Source: an uncultured Opitutaceae bacterium
GTDB taxonomy: Bacteria > Verrucomicrobiota > Verrucomicrobiia > Opitutales > Opitutaceae
DNA: 64,000 nt
Direction: 5' to 3'
Assembly: GCA_903929355.1 (NCBI GenBank)
Contig: CAIYUN010000041.1
Span: forward strand, 10,539 to 74,538
Shown here piece by piece: positions 28,727 to 37,546 of this stretch (position 1 is its first letter; the number at the start of each line of letters is the position of its first letter). The translations under genes and the position numbers were made by a program. The notes under the pieces are model-generated. The model worked only from the letters and a program-made list of their open reading frames with translations, ran no database searches and was not told the origin of the DNA.

Positions 28727-29563
28727 ATGTTTGCCCCCACCATTCGCCGGATGCCGCGCCCGTCCGAGGTCGCGCGGATGACCACCTCGGAGCTGCGCGA
28801 GACCTTCCAGGTCCAAAGCCTGTTTGCCCCGGGCGAGCTGCGCGGCGTGTTCACCGACCTCGACCGGCTCGTGGTTGGCGGCGTGGTTCCGGTGGAGACC
28901 CCGGTGGTGCTGCCGAATCACAAGGAGACCGGGCGCGCGACCTTCCTGGAACGCCGCGAGCTGGGCGCCATCAATCTCGGCGGTCCGGGCGTCATCCATG
29001 TGGACGGCCGGACTTTTTCACCCGACCGGCTGGACTGTGTCTATGTGCCGATGGGGGCAAAGGAGGTCACCTTCGAGAGCCAGGACCCCACCCAACCGGC
29101 GAAATTCTATTTCCTCAGCTGCCCGGCGCACACCGCCCACCCCGCCGCGATGATCAAGCCCAAGGACGCCTCGCCCGTCGCGGCCGGCGCGGCGGCGACC
29201 GCCAACCAGCGCACGATCTGCAAGCTCATCCACCAGGGCGGCATCCAGAGCTGCCAGCTCGTCATGGGCTTCACCGACCTAGCCGAGGGCAGCGTGTGGA
29301 ACTCCTTCCCCCCACATACCCACTGGCGCCGGACGGAGGTATACCTTTATTTCGACCTCGGGGACAAGGTGCTATCCCATTTCATGGGCGAGCCGCAGGA
29401 AACCCGCCATCTCTTCCTGCACAACGAGGACGCCGTCCTGTCGCCCGCCTGGTCCATCCATTGTGGCTGCGGCACGGGCAACTACAAATTCGTCTGGGGC
29501 ATGGCCGGAGAGAACCAGACCTTCAACGACATGGACGCCGTCAACCCCGTTGATTTACGATGA
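28727..29563 (+). CDS. kduI: 5-dehydro-4-deoxy-D-glucuronate isomerase
   Basis: ORF 28586..29563(+), Met at 28727. KduI-length cupin protein with FLERRELGAINLGG and MGFTDL...WNSFPPHTH. Confidence 0.85.
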   Translation: MFAPTIRRMPRPSEVARMTTSELRETFQVQSLFAPGELRGVFTDLDRLVVGGVVPVETPVVLPNHKETGRATFLERRELGAINLGGPGVIHVDGRTFSPDRLDCVYVPMGAKEVTFESQDPTQPAKFYFLSCPAHTAHPAAMIKPKDASPVAAGAAATANQRTICKLIHQGGIQSCQLVMGFTDLAEGSVWNSFPPHTHWRRTEVYLYFDLGDKVLSHFMGEPQETRHLFLHNEDAVLSPAWSIHCGCGTGNYKFVWGMAGENQTFNDMDAVNPVDLR

Positions 29564-30336
29564 AACGTTTTGCCAACAAAATCGTGGTGGTCACCGGGGC
29601 GAGCCGCGGCATCGGACAGGGCATTTGCGTCGCGTTCGCACGTGAGGGCGCCCGGGTCGTGGGCGTGGCCCGCAGCGATCTGGCGGAAACCGGGGGGCTG
29701 GTCACGGCCGCCGGCGGCGCGTTTGTCGCTCACAATGCCGACCTGAGCACCGGCACCCAGGCGGAAGCCGCCGGCCTCATCGCGTCCATCTTGGAACAGA
29801 CCGGGCGGATCGATGCGCTGATCAACAACGCCGGCACCATTCGCCGCTCCCCTGCGGCGGACTTTTCCGAGGCGGATTGGAACGAGGTCCTGCGCACCAA
29901 TTTGAGCTCACCGTTCTTCCTCTGCCAGGCCGTCGCCAAATGGTGGCTCACCAGCGGGCGGGAAAAGTCACCCGCCGATGCCCGGCTGCGGATCGTGAAC
30001 ATCGCCTCGATGCTCTCCTTCCAGGGCGGGGTGTTCGTCTCCGCCTACACCGCGAGCAAGCACGGCCTCGCGGGCATCACCAAGGCGCTGGCCAACGAAT
30101 GGGCCCCGGAGCGCATCAACGTCAACGCCGTCGCGCCCGGCTACATCGCGACGGAAAACACCCGGTTGCTGCAGGCGGACCCGAAGCGGGCCCCGGCGAT
30201 CCTGGCCCGCATCCCCGAGGGCCGGTGGGGCCGGCCGGACGACATCGCGGGCTCCTGCGTCTTTCTGTCCTCGACCGACGCCGATTACCTGAACGGCACC
30301 ATCCTCAACGTGGACGGCGGCTGGCTGGCCCGATAG
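29560..30336 (+). CDS. kduD: 2-dehydro-3-deoxy-D-gluconate 5-dehydrogenase (SDR)
   Basis: Overlaps the kduI stop by 4 nt. TGASRGIGQG, NNAG and YTASKHG SDR motifs. Confidence 0.85.
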   Translation: MKRFANKIVVVTGASRGIGQGICVAFAREGARVVGVARSDLAETGGLVTAAGGAFVAHNADLSTGTQAEAAGLIASILEQTGRIDALINNAGTIRRSPAADFSEADWNEVLRTNLSSPFFLCQAVAKWWLTSGREKSPADARLRIVNIASMLSFQGGVFVSAYTASKHGLAGITKALANEWAPERINVNAVAPGYIATENTRLLQADPKRAPAILARIPEGRWGRPDDIAGSCVFLSSTDADYLNGTILNVDGGWLAR

Positions 30337-30357
30337 ACCAACGAACCCGCAGAATTT

Positions 30358-30712
30358 GGACACTGAGGGCACAGTGCCCGGCAGGAGGGCACGGAGAAAA
30401 CCATTTGAACCTCAGTCTGGATTCGGACGTCGGATATCACCACAAATCACATAGATATACACGGATACAGAGTGATACGGAATATGATCCAAGTCGTATC
30501 TGACGCCCATAGGGTGAAAGTTTAAGGATTTGCCAGGGATTGGTTATCCGTGCCCATCCGTGTAATCCGTGGTTTCAAATGAGTTTTTCAGGCTCAGTGG
30601 ACTGCGACTGAGATGACCTAGCCTGTGCGAGGTGACATCAACCTCAGACTAAACTTCAAGATATTCTCTGTGAACTCGGTTTGGGTCTCTGTGGCCTCTG
30701 TGTCCCATTCCG
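30358..30712. repeat. MITE-like element of the same family as 11758..11930, with nested CACGGAT-word arms
   Basis: The right arm TTCTCTGTGAACTCGGTTTGGGTCTCTGTGGCCTCTGTGTCCCATTCC is near-identical to 11884..11930. The left arm is GGACACTGAGGGCACAGTGCCCGGCAGGAGGGCACGGAGAAAACC. The low-GC interior has inverted CACGGAT/ATCCGTG blocks at ~30468 and ~30545. Confidence 0.7.
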
Positions 30713-30722
30713 GGCTCCGAAT

Positions 30723-31376
30723 TTATTTCTGTGTTTGCTGGGCGATCTTCATCGCCTCGGCGGTCAGCGCAGTGATCTTGTCCCAGGCTTTGTCGGCGAC
30801 GAGTTTGCGCTCCGCCATCCAAGAGCCGCCCACGGCCGCGACTTGGGGGACCGCCAGATAACTGGGCAAATTCGCCGCGGTGACACCCCCGGTGGGGATA
30901 AACTTAACCCCGGTGTGGCCAAACGGGCCCGCCAGCGCCTTGAGCATGTCCACCCCGCCGGCCGCACCCGCGGGGAAGAATTTCAACGTGGTCCAGCCCA
31001 GGTCGAGGGCGTGCATGACTTCCGTCGGGGTGATCACCCCGGGGAAAAGCGGCAGCTTGTGTTTCTGCGCGGCGTTCGACACGGACTCGCTCAGGCCCGG
31101 CGCCACGCCGAACTGCGCGCCCGCCTCGCTCGCCTGGCGGACCTGGTCGGCCGTCAGCAGGGTGCCGGCACCGACCCCCATGGTCGGCAAACTCCGTCGA
31201 ATGCGGGCGATGGCCTCGGCGGCGGCGGCTGTGCGGAAAGTCACCTCGATGACGTTCAGCCCGCCGGCCAGCAGCGCCTCGGCCAGCGGCACGGCGTCTT
31301 CTGTCCGGTCAATCACGGCGACGCAGATCAGGCGTTGGGCAAGAAAGGATTCGTTGGACATGGGTGCGGGGGACAT
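30723..31376 (-). CDS. eda: KDPG / 4-hydroxy-2-oxoglutarate aldolase
   Basis: VIEVTFRT...GAGTLL...KFFPA...GGV Eda motifs; Met at 31376 or 31361. Confidence 0.85.
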   Translation of the reverse strand: MSPAPMSNESFLAQRLICVAVIDRTEDAVPLAEALLAGGLNVIEVTFRTAAAAEAIARIRRSLPTMGVGAGTLLTADQVRQASEAGAQFGVAPGLSESVSNAAQKHKLPLFPGVITPTEVMHALDLGWTTLKFFPAGAAGGVDMLKALAGPFGHTGVKFIPTGGVTAANLPSYLAVPQVAAVGGSWMAERKLVADKAWDKITALTAEAMKIAQQTQK

Positions 31377-31695
31377 GATGCACGGCCACCGTCTGGTGTG
31401 AACCAGAAAACTCGGTCACCATCTCCTCGCCTCGTTCTCGTTCCCTGTCCGCCGTAGCCTTGCCTGCGACCCAAAGCCTTGGCGAAGGAGGAACTTACTC
31501 CTACTCGTTCTCCTCCGAGTCGATAATCGGATTGATTCCGCCCCGCTCATCCACCTCGTGTCAGTAAACGATGGACGCCCTCAATGGGGTGCGGCTCGAG
31601 CGACTACGTGCGCCGACGGCGGTCAGTATTTTCTTATTGCCGTTGGCCGGCGGCAAGGATTTTTAGTCAAGCTGAGCCGGTTTGGCTCCATCCCC

Positions 31696-32322
31696 ATGCG
31701 CAACTCACTGCCGATCGTCCGATTTGTGCTCTGCCTTTGGTTGCTGCCCCTACTGGCGCAGGCACGCACCTGGACCAGCCAGGATGGGCGGACGTTGGAG
31801 GCCGACCTGATCGCCAAGACTGTCAGCACGGTCACACTCCGCCGCCAAGGCGATGGCCGCGAGTTTGCCGTGACCATCGCCAGCCTTTCGCCGGCCGACC
31901 GGGAATACATCGCCGGCTGGCAGCCGGCTGACGTGCCTCCGCCCAGGAAAGCCGTGACCGAACAGCAGATTGCCGACCTGGTAGCCGGGCTGCCGGAGAT
32001 CAAAAATCCCCGCGCCCCACTGGAAGCCAACTATCCGAATGTGGTCGATTTTCGGGAAAAATACTCTCGGGCGCTGAAGCAGATGCGCCCTGCCACGATC
32101 CCGCAAACCCTCGCTATCGTGCGCGAGATGGCCCGCAAAGACGCCGACATCCTTCTCGCCATCACCAAGACCGTGCTGACCAACCCGCCCATCCTCACCC
32201 CTTTTGGTTGGAGCAAAGGCTCTGGCTCCTGGAAGGAATCCTACTCGGCCCAGGCCAATCTCAACTGGCTCACTTCCGAGCTGCCCCCCTATTTGTCCAG
32301 ATTTGAGGATTTGTCAAAATAA
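31696..32322 (+). CDS. secreted hypothetical protein with SHD1-like domain
   Basis: ORF 31558..32322(+). Met at 31696 gives a signal peptide (LCLWLLPLLAQA), followed by TWTSQDGRTLEADLIAKTVSTVTLRRQGDGREFAVTIASLSPADREYI. Confidence 0.6.
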   Translation: MRNSLPIVRFVLCLWLLPLLAQARTWTSQDGRTLEADLIAKTVSTVTLRRQGDGREFAVTIASLSPADREYIAGWQPADVPPPRKAVTEQQIADLVAGLPEIKNPRAPLEANYPNVVDFREKYSRALKQMRPATIPQTLAIVREMARKDADILLAITKTVLTNPPILTPFGWSKGSGSWKESYSAQANLNWLTSELPPYLSRFEDLSK

Positions 32323-32403
32323 GGTGCCCGTTGACGCATCGTTAGACCGGGCTTGGGCCACGGTAATTCCAGCCAGCACGCCGCTGACAAATCGGCCGCC
32401 TCC

Positions 32404-33405
32404 TCACCTCCCTCTTGTCAGCAGCCGCCGCACCCCCTCGATCGGCGGCTGGTCGAGCGGCGTGAAGCGGAGCGAGCAGCGCGAGGCCAGCGCCGCCACG
32501 ACGACCCGGTGGGTGAGGATCGGCCCGCTCAGGCCGGTCGGAAGCTCGTCAATCGGGATCCCAGGAAAGAGTTGCATCACCACGCGCATCGCCAGGTCGA
32601 GCAGCTCTCCGGTGGACTCCAGCACGAGCTGGTGCGCGGTGTGGTCGCCCTCCTCGGTCAGGCGCAACACGGCGGGCGCGAGCGAGGCGATCTGTTTGTT
32701 CGGCTCGGCATGGTGGTAAAAGAAACGGGTGATCGCCGCCGCGTCTTCGAGGCCGGTGTGGCCGCGCAGCATCGGCGCAATCCGCGAGGCCGGCGCCCAG
32801 CCCTGCAGTTCCAGCAACCCTCGCGCGAGCACACGCCGGCCCAGCTCATAGGCGCTGCCGGGGTCGCCAAAACGCCAGCCCAGCCCGCCGGCATAGTGGA
32901 TGGTGTGGTCGGGCGCCCGGGCGGCCACAAACGAGCCGGTGCCGCTGTGCAGCACCAGGCCCGGTCGGCCGTTGGTCGCGAGCTCGAGCACGGGCCGCGC
33001 ATCGTCAAACACCGTCACCTGGCCGAAGCCCTCCAGGTTCACCGCAAACTCCTTCCAAAACCCGCGCGCCCCGGCCATGCAGAGCAGGGTGTGCGCGACC
33101 GGCAGCGGGGTGCGGGCGCGCAGCGCATAGAGCGCGTCCACCACCGTGAGCCGCGCGGCCTCGGCCCCGGCGACGCTGGGGTTGCTGCCGGCGACCGTGA
33201 GCCGCTCGACCACATTGTCGGCCAGGTCGAGCAGGATCAGCTCCGTCTTGGTGCCGCCGCCATCGACCCCGATCTTGGCGCCGGCGACATCGGAGACCGG
33301 AAAGGGTGGGTTGGAGAATTGCACGGCAGGAACCACGAAACAGACCCGGGACGGGAAATGAAGCCCGAACTGCGCGGATTCCGGCGGGTTGCGAGTTGAC
33401 CACAA
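32404..33405 (-). CDS. BadF/BadG/BcrA/BcrD-type ATPase (N-acetylglucosamine kinase-like)
   Basis: IGVDGGGTKTELIL phosphate-1 motif and LHSGTGSF. The true start is probably the internal GTG near 33324, because the motif sits 45 aa into the ORF. Confidence 0.7.
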   Translation of the reverse strand: MWSTRNPPESAQFGLHFPSRVCFVVPAVQFSNPPFPVSDVAGAKIGVDGGGTKTELILLDLADNVVERLTVAGSNPSVAGAEAARLTVVDALYALRARTPLPVAHTLLCMAGARGFWKEFAVNLEGFGQVTVFDDARPVLELATNGRPGLVLHSGTGSFVAARAPDHTIHYAGGLGWRFGDPGSAYELGRRVLARGLLELQGWAPASRIAPMLRGHTGLEDAAAITRFFYHHAEPNKQIASLAPAVLRLTEEGDHTAHQLVLESTGELLDLAMRVVMQLFPGIPIDELPTGLSGPILTHRVVVAALASRCSLRFTPLDQPPIEGVRRLLTRGR

Positions 33406-33420
33406 CGCACTAAGTTGCGA

Positions 33421-33489
33421 CGACCGGAAAGCCGGTTGAGGTCAACCGGCTCCACCTTCAAGCCGGGCAGGCAGGGAGGCCTGCGCTAC
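33421..33489. repeat. REP-A half element
   Basis: CGACCGGAAAGCCGGTTGAGGTCAACCGGCTCCACC plus the terminal hairpin GCAGGCAGGGAGGCCTGCGCTAC. Nearly identical to 87..150. Confidence 0.8.
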
Positions 33490-33494
33490 TGGTC

Positions 33495-34220
33495 TCAGGC
33501 CAGCTGGCGGCTGAGTCGGCCGGCGTATTTCTGCCCAAGCGCGCGGTTGTGCTCGATCGCACCCGCGAGGTTCTGGCTGCGGAGCAGCGGTGGCGTGTGG
33601 CCGTGCGCCACCAGCCAGTCCACGGTGGCCAGCATCAGCCAGTTGAGCACCGAGCAGCCGATGAGCGTTGAGGTCGGCCCCGCCCTCACGCCGTCGCCCG
33701 CGTCCACAATGGCGTCACCGGGCACCCCGCCGTTGTCGAGCACCCGATCAGCCACCTCGAACAGCTTTCGGCCCGACGGATGCTGCGAGGGCGTCTCGCG
33801 CGACATGGCGAGGCAGGTGAGCGCGACCACCGTGAGCCCTTTTTGTTTGGCCTGCAGCGCCACCTCGATGGGCGAACAATTTTTTCCCGAGTTGGAGATG
33901 GCGATGAGCACCTCGCCGGCCCGCAACTGGTATTGGCGGTCGTAACGCTCGATCAGCTTCGTGCCGTAGCCCGGCAGGTTTTCCACGAAGCCGCCCGTCG
34001 GGTCCGGAATGGCGGTCACACAGACCAGCCCGCCGGCCCGGCCGATGATCTCGCGTGCGACCACCTCGCTGTGCCCGCTGCCAAACACATGGATCACCCC
34101 GCCCCGGGCAATGTTCTCGCCAAGGATCGGGGCGAGCGCGGCGAGGGTCGCGGCGTTGGACTCCCAGGCCCGGGCGAGCAGCCCGTTCGCGCGGTTGAAG
34201 TAGGTGTCAGCGAGGGCCAT
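33495..34220 (-). CDS. SIS (sugar isomerase) domain protein
   Basis: ORF 33495..34370(-), Met at 34220. VIHVFGSGHSEVVARE...ISNSGKNCSPIE SIS motifs. Confidence 0.75.
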   Translation of the reverse strand: MALADTYFNRANGLLARAWESNAATLAALAPILGENIARGGVIHVFGSGHSEVVAREIIGRAGGLVCVTAIPDPTGGFVENLPGYGTKLIERYDRQYQLRAGEVLIAISNSGKNCSPIEVALQAKQKGLTVVALTCLAMSRETPSQHPSGRKLFEVADRVLDNGGVPGDAIVDAGDGVRAGPTSTLIGCSVLNWLMLATVDWLVAHGHTPPLLRSQNLAGAIEHNRALGQKYAGRLSRQLA

Positions 34221-34227
34221 GGTGGAT

Positions 34228-35298
34228 TCAGTAAAAAAAGGTGATACTGACGGAGCCGAAATTGTCCGGCTTGGGCTGCCCGACAAACTCGCGGCTGCGG
34301 TTGGCCTGGCTGTAGGTGAACTGCCAGTGCCGCGTGCCGCAACCGAGGCCGAATGAGAGGTCGGAGACAAAGTGATCCACCGTCACGCTTGGGCTGTCTC
34401 CGAAGGTGTTGCCCTGGAGGGTGAGGTCACGGGCGACCGCCCGGCCTTCGACCGCCCCGAAGAGGAAGATGCTGAAGCCCGGGCGGATGTTCTTGGAGTC
34501 GCTGGAGTCGCTGCTGGGGCGGATGAGGTCGGTGCCGAAGTCGCCGGGCAGCTTCCAGCCCACCCGCGTCTCGAGGCCGGCATTGGCATAGGTGAAGACA
34601 TTGCCGAGGGTGAGGCCGGCATGGGGGATCAGGTCGGCACCGAGGCCCGTGTGGGCGCCAACGGTCTCGTAACGCCACTTGCGTTCGTAGATGAGGTCGA
34701 GGCCGGGCTCGTTGTGAATCTGGTGGGCCCAGCCCTGGGCATGCGGGATGCGGAGCGCACTGTGGACCCCGTTCTGGATTTGCTCGCCGAGGGCGGCCGG
34801 GCCGACCATGCCGAGATTGATCTCAAAGGAGTCAAGCTGATCGCCCCCGCCCCAGCCCGGACTGGCGAGGGTGTAGCTCTGGAAAAGCGCGCCGAGGTAA
34901 AGCCACGCGGCGTAGGGCCGGTCTGTGGGGTCGGGCGTGGGCGTGTGGATGTTGATCGGCGTGTAGATGTTCTGGCCGAGGGAGAGGCCGAGCTTGCACT
35001 CGTGGCCGGGCGGGATGAGCGCGCTGAGATTGGTCGCAACCCAGCGGACCGGCGCGGGCACCTCGGCCCCGGTGAAGTTGCTCAACGGCGCACTGAGGGC
35101 CGAGATTTTGGCCCCATTGGTGTAATACTTGTCGGACCCGGAAAAATATTTGTCGTTTTCGGAATAAACCGAGACCGAACCATACCGGAGCGGTTCGACG
35201 GCGCCGGCCGCCGGCGGGACGGCGGTGTCGGCGGCGAACAGCGGTGCGGCGCTCAGGAGCGCGAGCAAGAACTGGTGGGACGGGAAGGCGGCGGGCAT
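34228..35298 (-). CDS. outer-membrane LpxR-like lipid A deacylase family protein (DUF2219)
   Basis: ORF 34228..35382(-). The Met at 35298 gives a signal peptide. SENDKYFSGSDKYYTNGAKIS is a family-like N-terminal motif; beta-barrel-like C-terminus ending in F-Y. Confidence 0.6.
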   Translation of the reverse strand: MPAAFPSHQFLLALLSAAPLFAADTAVPPAAGAVEPLRYGSVSVYSENDKYFSGSDKYYTNGAKISALSAPLSNFTGAEVPAPVRWVATNLSALIPPGHECKLGLSLGQNIYTPINIHTPTPDPTDRPYAAWLYLGALFQSYTLASPGWGGGDQLDSFEINLGMVGPAALGEQIQNGVHSALRIPHAQGWAHQIHNEPGLDLIYERKWRYETVGAHTGLGADLIPHAGLTLGNVFTYANAGLETRVGWKLPGDFGTDLIRPSSDSSDSKNIRPGFSIFLFGAVEGRAVARDLTLQGNTFGDSPSVTVDHFVSDLSFGLGCGTRHWQFTYSQANRSREFVGQPKPDNFGSVSITFFY

Positions 35299-35460
35299 GC
35301 GGTAGCCAGGCAGCGAAACTGGTGGGACTCGCGACGTCAGCGAAAATCGCGCGGGGCCGAGGACCGACCGGGGGCATTTCACAACCAGTCGGGCCTGCCT
35401 CCGTTCGCGGGCCGGCCAGGGATCCGCCTTCGCCGGGCTACGGCTCGACCAGTGCCTGCG

Positions 35461-36351
35461 CTACTGTTCCCAGCGTCCGTAGATCCCGCAGGGCAGGATC
35501 TTCCCGTCGCGCCGGACCGGGAGGCCAACCTCGCCGGCGGTGATCGTGCCGCCCACCCCGCCGAGGAGCGCGGCCAGGAGGTTGGCCACGACGGTGGGTG
35601 AAAGCCGGGCGGTGTAGGCGTTGATCAGGAAGAAGAGGGGGCGGTCGGAGAGGAGTTTCTTGGTCTCCACCAGCAACTCCCAGAGGTGGTCCTCCAGCTT
35701 CCACAGCTCGCCCCCGCCGCCACGGCCGTAGGTCGGGGGATCCATGATGATGGCGTCGTAGCGCCGGCCGCGTTTCTGCTCGCGCCGGACAAACTTGAGG
35801 CAGTCATCCACGAGGTAGCGCACCGGGGCCGCGGCCAGGCCGGACAGCGTGGCATTCTCGCGCGCCCACTTCACCATGCCCTCGGCGGCATCCACATGGC
35901 AGACGCTGGCGCCTGCGTGGGCGGCCGCGACCGTGGCCGCGCCGGTGTAGCCAAAGAGATTCAGCACGGCGGCCTCGCGGCCGGTGGCCCGGGCGGCCTT
36001 GATCTTGGCCGAGCACCAGTCCCAGTTGACCGCCTGCTCGGGGAAGAGTCCGGTGTGCTTGAACGAGGTCGGGTGAATGCGGAACGTCAGCGGGCCGTAG
36101 CGGATGTTCCAATGATCCGGGAGCGGGCGGCGATATTCCCATTTGCCGCCGCCGCTCTCGCTGCGGTGGTAAAAGCCTTCCCAATCAGTCCAGGTCTTTT
36201 CACCGCCGCCGCGGGGCCAGATGATCTGGGGATCCGGCCGCACGAGGGTGAACCCGCCCCAGCGCTCCTGCTTGAGGCCGTCACCGGTGTCGAGGAGCGC
36301 ATAGTCCTCCCAGCGGTCGGCGAGGAGGAGGGCGGGGCGGATGGTGGTCAT
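35461..36351 (-). CDS. class I SAM-dependent methyltransferase (RlmI/PF10672-like, no PUA domain)
   Basis: ORF 35461..36573(-), Met at 36351. VLNLFGYTGAATVAAA SAM motif I and IIMDPPTYGRG. Confidence 0.75.
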   Translation of the reverse strand: MTTIRPALLLADRWEDYALLDTGDGLKQERWGGFTLVRPDPQIIWPRGGGEKTWTDWEGFYHRSESGGGKWEYRRPLPDHWNIRYGPLTFRIHPTSFKHTGLFPEQAVNWDWCSAKIKAARATGREAAVLNLFGYTGAATVAAAHAGASVCHVDAAEGMVKWARENATLSGLAAAPVRYLVDDCLKFVRREQKRGRRYDAIIMDPPTYGRGGGGELWKLEDHLWELLVETKKLLSDRPLFFLINAYTARLSPTVVANLLAALLGGVGGTITAGEVGLPVRRDGKILPCGIYGRWEQ

Positions 36352-36430
36352 CCGAAGGATTTGCCCACGAAACACCCGAAAACACACGAAAAAATTGGGG
36401 AATGAGCTTCCTGGTCTGCACCTCCCATGG

Positions 36431-37201
36431 ATGATGAAACTTCCCTCCCTGCTCGCCCTGACCCTCGGATTGCTCGCCGCCGGCCCGCTTCGGGCCTCGG
36501 CCGCCGCAACGGCGGCGAAACCCACGGTTTTCACCAGCGGCGAGGCCCGCACGCGGCTCATCGAACTCTTCACGTCGGAAGGCTGCAGCAGTTGCCCGCC
36601 CGCCGAGGACTGGCTGGCCGGACTGCGTAACCATCCAGGTTTGTGGCGCGATTTCGTCCCGGTGTCCTTTCATGTGGTCTATTGGGACGCTCTGGGCTGG
36701 CCGGATCGTTTCGCGAGCAAGCCCTTCACCGCCCGCCAATACGCGCTCGCCGCCTCCTGGTCCAGCAACCAGGTCTACACCCCCTGCTTGGCGTTGGATG
36801 GCGCGGAGTGGAAAGCGCTTTTCTCCCGCGCCGCACCAGCGGCGGCCGGACCGACGGGGATTCTTCGCGTGGATTATGCGAATGACGGCACAACCCTGGT
36901 GACCTTCACCCCCGTCGGGCTGGCGCCGGGCGTCGGGTATGAAGCGCAAGTGGCCGTGCTCGGAGGAGGCCTCTCCTCGGATGTAAAAGCGGGGGAAAAC
37001 GCCGGTCACACCCTGCGCCACGAGTTCGTGGCGCTGGCGCTCACGACCGTTCCACTGAAACTCGCCGGCGGGGTCTGGCAGGCCGACACCACCATGGCCC
37101 GGCCCAAGGTTGCGGGGGTCAAGGACCTCGCGCTGGCCGTCTGGGTGACGCGGCGCGGCGAACTCGCCCCCGTGCAGGCCACGGGCGGCTGGCTGCCGTA
37201 G
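36431..37201 (+). CDS. DUF1223 domain protein (thioredoxin-like, secreted)
   Basis: ORF 36341..37201(+). Met-Met at 36431 gives a signal peptide. ELFTSEGCSSCPPAE is the hallmark. Confidence 0.75.
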   Translation: MMKLPSLLALTLGLLAAGPLRASAAATAAKPTVFTSGEARTRLIELFTSEGCSSCPPAEDWLAGLRNHPGLWRDFVPVSFHVVYWDALGWPDRFASKPFTARQYALAASWSSNQVYTPCLALDGAEWKALFSRAAPAAAGPTGILRVDYANDGTTLVTFTPVGLAPGVGYEAQVAVLGGGLSSDVKAGENAGHTLRHEFVALALTTVPLKLAGGVWQADTTMARPKVAGVKDLALAVWVTRRGELAPVQATGGWLP

Positions 37202-37214
37202 AGGCGGCCCCGAG

Positions 37215-37546
37215 TTTAACCACGGATTGCACGGATCGTCACGGATGGGACAAATCGGAGAAGAAGTTGTAACACGGAGGACGCGGAGCACACGGAGGGG
37301 CGAGGGAGCGATGACCAAGGCCCAGAGATTGGGCCGGCCTGAGTTCCTGAATTCCAGATTTGATTAATTTGGAAATCAGGAAATCAGGAACGGGACGAAG
37401 TTATAACCACGGATTACACGGATGATCACGGATCCAGAAAATTAAAATTCGCCAGACTTCCGCGTCCATCCCCGGTTACGCTGCATCGGGGCTGGATGCA
37501 GGAGTTTGACCGAAATCCAAAATCGAAATTCCCCAATCCAAAATCC
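37215..37546. repeat. mosaic of five word-repeat blocks (CACGGAT, CACGGAG, AATCAGG, CACGGAT, CCAAAAT)
   Basis: Blocks at 37215..37250, 37268..37298, 37344..37392, 37400..37435 and 37510..37546, read directly from the sequence. Confidence 0.8.

Noticed and set aside
30405-30445. String TCTGGATTCGGACGTCGG, resembling the conserved 5' region of tmRNA (UCUGGAUUCGACGGG).
   Set aside because: There is no GGGG acceptor start, no T-arm/GGTTCGA..CCA 3' end and no tag ORF in the neighbourhood. It sits inside a MITE-like element, so it is probably chance similarity.
37215-37546. CRISPR array.
   Set aside because: The repeats are 7-8-nt words in immediate tandem, without ~30-nt unique spacers. No cas genes are present in the window.
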